DNA of 64,000 bases from a virus. The notes under the pieces are model-generated. The model made no database searches, was not told the origin of the DNA, and saw only the letters and a list, made by a program, of their open reading frames with translations. A program made the position numbers and the translations under genes. Of the stretch, positions 39,992 through 48,069 are shown one piece after another. The stretch lies in IMG/VR virus record IMGVR_UViG_3300050821_003463, positions 30,544 through 94,543 of that record; one strand, given 5' to 3'. Position 1 is the first letter of the stretch, and the number at the start of each line of letters is the position of its first letter.

Positions 39992-40762
39992 TCATGCGTC
40001 CTCCCGTCGAGCTAAAGTTTCAAAATACTCAGCGAGATCAAAGCGAGAGGTTCTCTGGATTTTACAGAAGCCGCAGGACTCTCCGACCGGATGAAGATGG
40101 TACGTGGAGCCAGCGGAGGGAATCGAACCCCCGACCTCGGGTTTACAAAACCCTTGCTCTGCCGTCTGAGCTACGCTGGCAGTTTTCCACACCTTATCTG
40201 GCGCGATGACATGATGCGACTCAGTCTTCGCCATCTTCGCTTCAATCTCTTCCAGTGACCAGGGCTCGAAGTCGTGACTGTCTACGCCAATATCAAAAGA
40301 GTGCCCGAGTTCTTCGATCTCCCCGTGCGAGTGTCCGTAGACGTGCCACGAACCCTTGTGCGAGTTCTGCCATACGCGCTGGGCGAAGTGAGAGATCACT
40401 ATCATATGTTTGTTGAACTTCACGCTGTGACTCGTGTTCTCTTTGTTAACTCCCCGAACCCACTCGAACTCTTTCTGCAGTGTAACGCGGCGCTCCATCA
40501 GCTCATCGTGATTGCCGTAGAGAAACGCATGTCTTCCGTTTAGACGATGAACGATGGATCGCGCTTCCATCTCACTCATTGTCTGCCAAAACATGTCCCC
40601 GGCGTGGATAGTCAGGTAGGATGGCTTATTGGGAACCTTCTTGTTGTGGCGCTCGATGATGATCTCTCTCATCTCCTCAGTCGAGGAGAACGGGCGATTG
40701 CAAAACTGAATGATGTTGTTGTGCCCGTAGTGCTCGTCACTGGTGATGAAGATTTCGCTCAT
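39992..40762 (-). CDS. Calcineurin-like metallophosphoesterase whose 3' part reads through a tRNA gene
   Basis: SDEHYGH, GD, GNHD, HF, GHSH, DIGVD. Confidence 0.9.
   Translation of the reverse strand: MSEIFITSDEHYGHNNIIQFCNRPFSSTEEMREIIIERHNKKVPNKPSYLTIHAGDMFWQTMSEMEARSIVHRLNGRHAFLYGNHDELMERRVTLQKEFEWVRGVNKENTSHSVKFNKHMIVISHFAQRVWQNSHKGSWHVYGHSHGEIEELGHSFDIGVDSHDFEPWSLEEIEAKMAKTESHHVIAPDKVWKTASVAQTAEQGFCKPEVGGSIPSAGSTYHLHPVGESCGFCKIQRTSRFDLAEYFETLARREDA
40105..40180 (-). tRNA. tRNA-Thr (anticodon TGT), CCA encoded
   Basis: GCCAGCG/CGCTGGC acceptor, GCTC/GAGC D-stem, TTTGTAA loop, TTCGATT T-loop, TCCA end; 76 nt. Confidence 0.92.
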
Positions 40763-41127
40763 TTTACTCTCGTTGCCTCCGATGAAGTGCCCTGTGTGTA
40801 CGTCAGAGGTGCCGTGTTTACCAGCACGAAAACTTTGCTTTCCAAAGTGACGACTTCGGGTATTTCCGGTACAGATGTCATCACAACCTTGACTCGCGCG
40901 AGAAACGTCTGGGAAATATGCCCGAATTTGGGTGTCTCGACCATGCGCGCGACGATGGAAAACATTTGAGATGGAACTCTCGTCTCATTCCAACGCAAAG
41001 CAGCAGGCGGGGGTGGCAGGAGAGTTCCGAGTTTTCGTTTGACTTCGCTTAGAGCGAACCTAGCCATTTCTTCAGGACTGGCGTCTTGGATGCGTGTCTT
41101 TCTCCGCGCCTTCTTCTTTATCGCCAT
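40759..41127 (-). CDS. Hypothetical protein
   Basis: AAGGAG RBS directly after the tmRNA coding piece. Confidence 0.55.
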   Translation of the reverse strand: MAIKKKARRKTRIQDASPEEMARFALSEVKRKLGTLLPPPPAALRWNETRVPSQMFSIVARMVETPKFGHISQTFLARVKVVMTSVPEIPEVVTLESKVFVLVNTAPLTYTQGTSSEATRVK

Positions 41128-41140
41128 GTCTTCTCCTTAA

Positions 41141-41340
41141 AACCAGAAATTAACGGGGACTTTCTGTTCCAAGGTCGTCCCCTGAACCCGCTGACGCGGC
41201 AGCTTTAGGCTGCGGCGGCAAATGCTTTCGGCTTTTCAGTCGTAGCAATTATTGTTTCTGTGTCCTGTTAACGGTAGCCACAGCAGCCCGACACGCAAGT
41301 TAAAACCCTGATGCGCCGCAATCGAAACCATGACGCCCCC
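41141..41340 (-). ncRNA. ssrA: tmRNA coding piece of a permuted ssrA; tag (A)ATTEKPKAFAAAA
   Basis: 5' GGGGGCG...TTCGA at 41340; ATAATT before resume codon GCT at 41246; tag ORF 41246-41205; downstream GGGGAC/GTCCCC pseudoknot. Confidence 0.9.
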
Positions 41341-41449
41341 ATCAAAGTCGCCCACTTGACGAATCGCGCTCTGCCGTATTCCGATGAGAGCAACGGGTCG
41401 TTTTCTCGTAGTGGTCAAACACACGCCCTTGCGCTTTCTTGGGCGACTT

Positions 41450-41510
41450 TGGTGGAGGCGGGGAGAGTCGAACTCCCGTCTTACAGCGTCAATGCTAACC
41501 TTCTACGTGT
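41450..41510 (-). ncRNA. ssrA: tmRNA acceptor piece of a permuted ssrA (5' extent uncertain)
   Basis: GAC-GGGAG-TTCGACT-CTCCC-CGCCTCC-A-CCA; pairs with GGGGGCG giving G3.U70; lies upstream of the 5' piece in the transcript. Confidence 0.9.
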
Positions 41511-41915
41511 GTTCTTGAAGAAGCGTTTCTCAAAGTCCCGCTTGCTCCTCAATTTCTCCTGCGTGTACCGTCCGTTTCGCGGAGTCACGCTTTTATATTC
41601 TTTGATTAGCATGCGAGCCCGTCTAACCTTTTCAGGCTCGCGCAGATATGGAAAAATCAAACCTAAAAATTTTATCGCCGCATCTCCGCTCAATGACCAA
41701 ACCCCGCTCGGAGAGTGACTCTTCTTAGAAGGTCGTTTCCCGCTTATACAGCCGCCAAAGCGGGTCCACATCCAACTCAACAAAGCTGGCGTGCAACTCG
41801 GAATTGAAACAGTCGGCGCTCGGTGTTCTCCCTTATGACGATGAGTCAGAGTCACCGTGCCCTCGCCATCGAAGAGTCCTGCTGCGTACGATAAGTCAAG
41901 AGAGTCATTTGTCAT
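41481..41915 (-). CDS. Single-motif LAGLIDADG homing endonuclease
   Basis: YAAGLFDGEGTV, FGG, IFPYLREPEK. Confidence 0.88.
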   Translation of the reverse strand: MTNDSLDLSYAAGLFDGEGTVTLTHRHKGEHRAPTVSIPSCTPALLSWMWTRFGGCISGKRPSKKSHSPSGVWSLSGDAAIKFLGLIFPYLREPEKVRRARMLIKEYKSVTPRNGRYTQEKLRSKRDFEKRFFKNTRRRLALTL

Positions 41916-42010
41916 AGTAACTTATTGGGAACTCGACCTACTTCGAAAGGCTCGGTCGAATTTTACGAGGGACAGTTTAGCCTTCTTGGGACCTCAACCA
42001 CTCAATATCA

Positions 42011-42166
42011 GGTGAGCACCTGCGGAATCGAACCGCCTCTCCTCATGGCTTACTGGCGTGGTACTTGGTATACCTTCCCACGTTTTCTCTTCTGTCGCAA
42101 AACAACCATGAGGTACTGTCAGCCCATAGACGCGCGATTGGGGCTGTTCCATAACAGCGTGTGCCC
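42011..42166 (-). ncRNA. tRNA-like RNA with expanded internal arms
   Basis: GGGCAC/GTGCTC-ACC acceptor-like stem, GCGG-TTCGATT-CCGC T-arm, CCTCATGG/CCATGAGG arm. Confidence 0.55.
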
Positions 42167-42265
42167 ATAAGAGGGTAGTCGGGTTTATCCTCCTCGTGAC
42201 TGTTGCGCCCGCGTTATAGCTGGGCGCAGTGTCCGCAAGGTGGCAACCTCGCTCCCTCTATTTAC

Positions 42266-42294
42266 AGATTACTGCTACTCCCGTCGCGTGTCAA
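42266..42294 (-). promoter_or_regulatory. Sigma70-like promoter of the RNA operon
   Basis: TTGACA-17 nt-TAATCT. Confidence 0.7.
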
Positions 42295-42459
42295 GAGAAT
42301 TCTTTGGGATACTTTCTCCGCAATAGATGCGGGGATTAAGACCCTCAATCTTCGCAAGATGCTTAGCGAATGCATCTCTGAAGTCGACGGTATACCGCTC
42401 CATGAAAGTCCCCGGTTCGCGCCCTTCATACAAACCCTCTGTGTAGTTCATCACCCCTC

Positions 42460-44538
42460 CTATTTCTTGTAGTACGGACCTTCCCATCCTTCAGCCTTGA
42501 GCACGAAGCCCATTCCCTCAGCCCACTCCGGTATGATACACATCGCCGCCAGCAGGTCCTTCTCTCCGAGAGGAGAATCAATCGGCACCTCACCTACTAT
42601 TTCATCATGGATCGTCATGATGATCGTGAACCCCAGCTTCTCGGCTTCGAGCATGCCGCTAAGCAGAAGGTCCCTGGCGATAGCCTGTACGACGTTTTCT
42701 GTTAGAAGTCCGCCGTAAAGTCGGTTGTCCTTCGCGCCCTTCGAACCATACATGATGAAGTGGATGCCCTCTCTAGGAGGACCGCCCCACGGTGGAGGTT
42801 CGCAAACGAGGCGCGGCTGATGGTAGTGGATGTATCTTCCGCTGGGCAGCTTGATCTTCAGGCAGTTCTCATCGCGCCCATCCACCACAAGACCGTTCAC
42901 ATAAACACAAATACCAGCCTTCAACGCAGTCAGTGTCGCCGCATTCAGCGCAGCCCAGAGATCGCATATCTCAGGGTACGTCTCGCGGAATCCATAGACT
43001 GCTTCCTTCGCTTCCTTCTCGTTCAAGACGATGCCGTATGTCGCGGCGTAGTCAATGAACTTCTCCCAGCCCATCCCGTATCCGCAACCGAGGATGATGA
43101 CCTTGCCTCGATCTCTGTGTGACTTCGTGACCTCGCTCAGCGGAATGCCGAGCTGTGCTGCCATGACTTCTTTGTAGAGATCGCGCCCTTCTGCGTAAGC
43201 TGACATCATTCCCGGGCACTGTGCAATCGCCGCGAGAACGCGGGACTCGATCTGCGCAAGATCGCCCGCGACCAACTTGTTTCCTGGTGCTGCGGCGAAC
43301 GCGCCGCGAATCGTCGACGCTACGACCTCCATCACCGTGAAGATATCCACTTGGAGATGCGGCTGTGGCTTCTCTGTCGGGTGCGCCGCGTTCCACTCAT
43401 CCATCACCGCGTCATACGCTGCAATAACGGTCGGGATATCGAGCGTTCCACTCCGGATAGCCGCCGTCAGAGCATCGGTGCATTTGGAAACTTCCCGGTT
43501 CGGCTTGTACAAGTTCTGCAACTGCACACCGCGCCCCGCCCAGCGCCCCGTGTGCGCGCCGTGATAGATGAACTGGTCGTGCAGACGTCCGTCCGCGCCT
43601 ACGAGGTCTTCTATCTTCTGCAGCTTCGTATACGCGGAGCCGCCGATCTTCTGTTTGAGTTCAAGAATCTTTCGCGGCAGAGGTTTCAGATAGGGGAGCT
43701 TCAGCCCTTCTTCGACGTGCTCAGCATCAAGACTGTCGAACGGATAGCCTCTCTGTTGCAACCATTCGAGCAACTGGTCACGAGAGTTAGGATTCTCCAA
43801 CCCAGTTTCTATCTTCATCTCACTGATGAACTGGTCAACTGCGCCGAGCGCGAGCGCCTTCGCATTCGCTACGTACGCTTTGTCGATCCAGACGCCCGTG
43901 CTGTTCATGCGCTGGTCAAGCAGCCACGCCTGCTTCTCCCCGGGAGTGATGGGAGAGTTGAACGCAACCGCCGCGTGCCACACGCCACGCTCCGCGATGA
44001 CGTCCATGATGCAATACTCACAGAACTGTTTCCATTCCTCCGGATGCGAGTTCCAGTCCTTGAAGTAGAGAGCCGGTGCGGTCGGGTCTTTCTTCAGAAT
44101 GCGCTTGAACTGTTTGCTCGGCTGGGAGAACAGCTTGACGCCGCGCTTATCGCCCGTCGTGTGGATTTTCTTCTCGTCGATATTGAGCGCGTTGCCCGCT
44201 CGGTCCAAGCCGATAGGAAGGGACATGTACGCGCACAGGACGTTCGGGTCATACCATTCGACGAGAGGGATCGCGATGCCGAGTTTATAATGTAGAATGT
44301 CCTTCTCGAAGTTGAAGTTCCAGGCGCACTTGATCACGGTCGGGTCTGTCAAACCGGCGAGGAGTTCCTGGGGCATCGGCTCGCCCAGGCACGGGAGCCA
44401 GAGCTTGGGATAGTCTTCGTCGAATGCCCACGCGAGCATCAGAACGCTGGTCGTCGGGTCCTTGGCGTAGCGATCCAGTCCGCATAGCTTGATGCTGGTC
44501 ATCGAGCGCGTTTCAAAGTCTAGCCAAAGTCGTCTCAT
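42460..44538 (-). CDS. Phage family A DNA polymerase with 3'-5' exonuclease
   Basis: LDFET, HTGRWAG, DLAQIESR, RDRGKVIILGCGYG, TIHDEIV. Confidence 0.95.
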   Translation of the reverse strand: MRRLWLDFETRSMTSIKLCGLDRYAKDPTTSVLMLAWAFDEDYPKLWLPCLGEPMPQELLAGLTDPTVIKCAWNFNFEKDILHYKLGIAIPLVEWYDPNVLCAYMSLPIGLDRAGNALNIDEKKIHTTGDKRGVKLFSQPSKQFKRILKKDPTAPALYFKDWNSHPEEWKQFCEYCIMDVIAERGVWHAAVAFNSPITPGEKQAWLLDQRMNSTGVWIDKAYVANAKALALGAVDQFISEMKIETGLENPNSRDQLLEWLQQRGYPFDSLDAEHVEEGLKLPYLKPLPRKILELKQKIGGSAYTKLQKIEDLVGADGRLHDQFIYHGAHTGRWAGRGVQLQNLYKPNREVSKCTDALTAAIRSGTLDIPTVIAAYDAVMDEWNAAHPTEKPQPHLQVDIFTVMEVVASTIRGAFAAAPGNKLVAGDLAQIESRVLAAIAQCPGMMSAYAEGRDLYKEVMAAQLGIPLSEVTKSHRDRGKVIILGCGYGMGWEKFIDYAATYGIVLNEKEAKEAVYGFRETYPEICDLWAALNAATLTALKAGICVYVNGLVVDGRDENCLKIKLPSGRYIHYHQPRLVCEPPPWGGPPREGIHFIMYGSKGAKDNRLYGGLLTENVVQAIARDLLLSGMLEAEKLGFTIIMTIHDEIVGEVPIDSPLGEKDLLAAMCIIPEWAEGMGFVLKAEGWEGPYYKK

Positions 44539-44809
44539 CGTCGTCTCCCAAGACTAGGAAGCCCCGCGCTGCAAGCTTGTCCACATTGTTTGCCATACAG
44601 AGCAAAATACGCTTTGTCAACCTCTCCCTTAAACATCAACCGTGCTGACTTCAAAAGAGCTGGGTGTAGTCGGGGGTCGAGGTCTGGGGTTTTTTCCAAC
44701 TGAAGCCACACAGACAGCAAACCCATCGCGGTCTGAAAGCATTCCAGCTTTGTAAAATCGACGGGCTTTTGCATGGTAGCTATCAAAGTATCGTACCGTT
44801 CTTGTAGAG

Positions 44810-45106
44810 TCATGCGCCCAACCTCCTCATCTCTTCTAAAAAGGTTTTGATCTCTGGAGTCATTCTGAACCATTCTCCCGCGAGACGTGCTTTACGAAAT
44901 CTCCGGTGCATAGCAGCTTCGTCCCATTCTCCTGATTTGCAGTCGCCCATGAACTCTATGCCTATCGGCAAGATCATGGCGATAGACAAAGGGTTGGCAC
45001 ACCCTGTCTGGAGTTGTCGAAGACGCGCGAAGACATTGAAAGACTTTCCAATCTTTACAGCGCGAGACTTTTTGTCTTCAATGAAGTATGTTGATAGATG
45101 TCCCAT
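44810..45106 (-). CDS. GIY-YIG-like (T5orf172/MUG113) nuclease
   Basis: TYFI..VKIGKS..RLRQLQTG..E..MHRRF...GEWF; start MGHLS. Confidence 0.8.
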   Translation of the reverse strand: MGHLSTYFIEDKKSRAVKIGKSFNVFARLRQLQTGCANPLSIAMILPIGIEFMGDCKSGEWDEAAMHRRFRKARLAGEWFRMTPEIKTFLEEMRRLGA

Positions 45107-45122
45107 GCTTTTCTTCCTTTCA

Positions 45123-45360
45123 ATCACTGTCAAACGTGACAGTGATCCCGTCGCGGCAAGTTCATTGATTCTAAAAGACTTTACCGTGGGGGGAGTCAAT
45201 CACTGTCTACTGTCTTCTCTTACACCCCCCACCACACATACCATCCCCCTATAGGGGTCTATCAGGAGACAGTAGACAGTGATTCTGCTTTTTCTTGGCA
45301 TTTCTGTTGATTCTAAAGTAGTTAACTTAGGAACAGTTCACTGTCACCCCTGACAGTGAT
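45123..45360. repeat. Cluster of TCACTGTC/GACAGTGA inverted repeats, candidate replication origin
   Basis: Three inverted-repeat pairs (10, 18 and 9 bp arms) plus direct repeat TTGATTCTAAA, just downstream of the primase gene. Confidence 0.65.
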
Positions 45361-47442
45361 TCATTGAATACCCTCTTCGAGCGAGAAAACCTCGGTCCCT
45401 TTGTGCGTCTTACCAACAACTCGGATGGCGTTACCCTTCAGTAGAGCCCCCCAAGCCCTATTGAAAGTATCCATACCACCGCTGCCCGCACGGAACACGT
45501 TGCATGAACTCTGAAGCGCTGACTTTGTGAGTGTTTCGTTTTTCTTCAGAGCCCGTCGCATCGACTGCTCCATTCGTTCGATAAGGTTCCCTTTGTCAAC
45601 GGGCCACAGTTCTTGACGTAGGTATAGTTCATAAGTCGCCCATGCAATGGCACGCTCTACATTGTCCGCAGTGATAACAGCGGGAGTAGTCTCGGACCCT
45701 GAGAACAGCGACCGGAGTAATATGTCTCGTTTGAAATAAGACTCTAAACGGGACAGGTAGTCGACATCTGGATTGTCTTCGTATAGCTTTTTGGTTTGTC
45801 CTGAAAGATAGGCTTGAAAGTCGCCTTGCAACTTTTTCGCAGCTTCTTCTCGAACAGGAATGACCCGCGTGTTCTTTTGGTCCGCGAATAGATTGGAGAT
45901 ACTTTGCCAACGAGCCATCATTTTTGCAGTCACAGCTTCGATTTTTTCCAGGTCTAAATCGGGCCACTCCCCCGTTTTTTTGGTTAATCCCGTATACGCG
46001 AGGACAACACGGGACATGAATCCGTCGCCGCCTTGCCCTTTGCCCGCGAGAGCACTCTCGAAGGACGAGCGAGTGAATCCGCCCGTCATAGACAGAGATA
46101 GATTGTCGAAGGCTCCGCCTTTATGCGTCAGACTTCCCGCGCTAGCATCCCCCCGGTCGAAAATGGAGATCAAATTAGACATGAGAGTAGACCCGGCAGC
46201 GGAGCCTTTATCAAATAGAAACTTCATCTCATCGAAGTTCACGAGGCAGCGTTTGTTTGTGAATTCGTCCTCGCTCAGATATCTCACCATGTGCTCTCCA
46301 GAGGAGAACATCCCCGATTTTGGGCGCATCATTCCAACTTTGGCAATGTATGTCGCCAGGGCAAATTCAGCCGTGCGGGTCCACGACATCCCCTTTCCCG
46401 CTTCGGGGTGTTGCGACACTAGAAATGTCCAGTGTTTCATGTGCAAATCGGGGTGAGACGGAAAACCTACCATACCGTCAAGTGACGCGGCAAGGATAGT
46501 TTTGATTTGGGCTCGTGCAAAACTGAGCGGGATGAACGTCCCATCCGTGACGAGGTGCGCCAATTCTGCGATCCAATCTCCCTCAAGGGCAACACATGGG
46601 ATTTCTTGAATTGCGGTATCGACCTTTTGGGTATCGCTGAAGAAGACAGCCGCTGTCGGCGCTTGGGCGTCGAATTTGCTGATAGCAGCGTGTGCGATTT
46701 CTTTTATCTTATCGTCGGGGTAGTTCTCGCCATCTTCGCAATTTTCCGCTGCAAAATCTTTCAGAGCGTTATAGATTCCCTCCTCTGACAAAAATGCGTT
46801 GCGAAGTTTTCCCGCAACACTTTCGAGGTGCATCCAACGGTTGCCCGCAGGGATCAGCCCGCCGTGATCTGCTTTTGTCTGATTTACATCTAAGGGTGCC
46901 TTGCTTTTTTCTTTAGAGAGAGTTATGAATCCTTCTGGCAACGGAACAATTTCAGTCTCAATGACAATCCGATATTCTTCACCGCTAGGGTGGATAGAAC
47001 CGGGACCGACGACGTAACCGCCGATACCTTTGAGTTCACCAGTGACACTCCCCACTTTGAAACCTGTTGTGGTCACAGCCCCTGAGTAGTATAGGTGGAA
47101 TCCCGCTTCGGTCGTTCTGCCCGACTGTACAGTGAACGTTTGAGGGAGATTATGCTCCTTCATCCACGAGCGCAGTTCTTCCAGGCTATTAACTCCGTGA
47201 TCAACGTCGACAACTGTAATGTTGCTGGGACCGCATCCGACGCCATAGTTAGCAGCTTCGCCATTGTCCCACGCAGCAAAGACTACAGACTCGGGTTTTC
47301 GAATTGCTGAGTTGATAGCATGAGGAGAGTATTTTGGGTATGGACCCTTATCCCCGGGCAAGCAGGTCAAAACAGCAAACCCCCTATTCAGGGCATCCGC
47401 TACAGCAGCGCGTAATTTTGCTACAATCTTAGGATCGTTCAC
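45361..47442 (-). CDS. Bifunctional primase-polymerase with PriCT and C-terminal helicase-like (DUF3987-type) domain
   Basis: NYGV..G...VVDVD, GFHLYY, GGYVVGPGSIHPSG; PEAGKG, FDEM; GTG start after GGAGG. Confidence 0.85.
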   Translation of the reverse strand: MNDPKIVAKLRAAVADALNRGFAVLTCLPGDKGPYPKYSPHAINSAIRKPESVVFAAWDNGEAANYGVGCGPSNITVVDVDHGVNSLEELRSWMKEHNLPQTFTVQSGRTTEAGFHLYYSGAVTTTGFKVGSVTGELKGIGGYVVGPGSIHPSGEEYRIVIETEIVPLPEGFITLSKEKSKAPLDVNQTKADHGGLIPAGNRWMHLESVAGKLRNAFLSEEGIYNALKDFAAENCEDGENYPDDKIKEIAHAAISKFDAQAPTAAVFFSDTQKVDTAIQEIPCVALEGDWIAELAHLVTDGTFIPLSFARAQIKTILAASLDGMVGFPSHPDLHMKHWTFLVSQHPEAGKGMSWTRTAEFALATYIAKVGMMRPKSGMFSSGEHMVRYLSEDEFTNKRCLVNFDEMKFLFDKGSAAGSTLMSNLISIFDRGDASAGSLTHKGGAFDNLSLSMTGGFTRSSFESALAGKGQGGDGFMSRVVLAYTGLTKKTGEWPDLDLEKIEAVTAKMMARWQSISNLFADQKNTRVIPVREEAAKKLQGDFQAYLSGQTKKLYEDNPDVDYLSRLESYFKRDILLRSLFSGSETTPAVITADNVERAIAWATYELYLRQELWPVDKGNLIERMEQSMRRALKKNETLTKSALQSSCNVFRAGSGGMDTFNRAWGALLKGNAIRVVGKTHKGTEVFSLEEGIQ

Positions 47443-47503
47443 GACACCTCCGACCAGAAACACCGCGAGGGATGCCGAAGCATCCCCCCGTGTATTTTGT
47501 AGA

Positions 47504-47902
47504 TTAAACTTCTTGCGCGGGCTTGCGGTTCTTGAGAACCGTCGCGATGCTGGCGTACGACTTGCCAGTTTCCTTGTTCGTGTTCTCTTCGATCACGACT
47601 TGGCACTTCACGCCGACCAGAGAGTTGAGGTCAAACGTCTCACTCGCCTGGATGCCGAGCGAGTTGAGCAGCTTCGCCAACTTGCTCTTGGGGTGAAGAG
47701 AGGTGGTAGTGACCGTCATCGGGACGTCAACTGCCTTGCCTTCCTTGTCTTTCTGGTCTTGCGCGGTGAAGAAGATTCGGGCTTGATCTTTCGTGCCGAA
47801 CTTCGTCTCCTGCAATCCGAGGTCTTCGACCTTGGTAATCGTGACGTTGTGCAGACCTTCGGACATCTGCTCGAATACGCGATCCTTTACGATGAGACTC
47901 AT
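47504..47902 (-). CDS. OB-fold ssDNA-binding-like protein
   Basis: EGLHNVTITKVEDLG...SLHPKSKL...LVGVKCQVVI; next to primase. Confidence 0.6.
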   Translation of the reverse strand: MSLIVKDRVFEQMSEGLHNVTITKVEDLGLQETKFGTKDQARIFFTAQDQKDKEGKAVDVPMTVTTTSLHPKSKLAKLLNSLGIQASETFDLNSLVGVKCQVVIEENTNKETGKSYASIATVLKNRKPAQEV

Positions 47903-47975
47903 GTGACTCCTGCTTTCTGCCTCAATTTGGGCTTGGGTACTACAGACGAGAGAATGTGTGCATCTCCCTACTTCC

Positions 47976-48069
47976 AGAATATCGCGCCGCGCGCCGCACT
48001 GTCAATAAGAAAAAGCAGTTAAGTTTTTCTGAATGAAAACTTGACATCGGGCGACCGAAGTGAGAATCT
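47976..48069. promoter_or_regulatory. Divergent promoters at the strand switch
   Basis: Minus TTGACA-18-TATTCT (48005-47976); plus TTGACA at 48041 with TGnGAATCT; AGAAAAA/TTTTTCT inverted repeat between them. Confidence 0.6.

Noticed and set aside
41236-41424. 62-aa ORF over the tmRNA region
   Set aside because: Overlaps tmRNA structural elements; only the tag frame is supported
41481-41995. Group I intron around the LAGLIDADG gene
   Set aside because: No P7 or other catalytic core motifs recognised, and flanking non-coding sequence is too short
42181-42240. HDV-like (theta) ribozyme suggested by TCCTCGT
   Set aside because: Could not build P1, P3 and P1.1 pairings, and it lies on the non-transcribed strand
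43351-44295. Long opposite-strand ORFs (also 56518-57504, 62123-63019, 45860-46456)
   Set aside because: Antisense shadows of well-supported genes in a GC-rich genome
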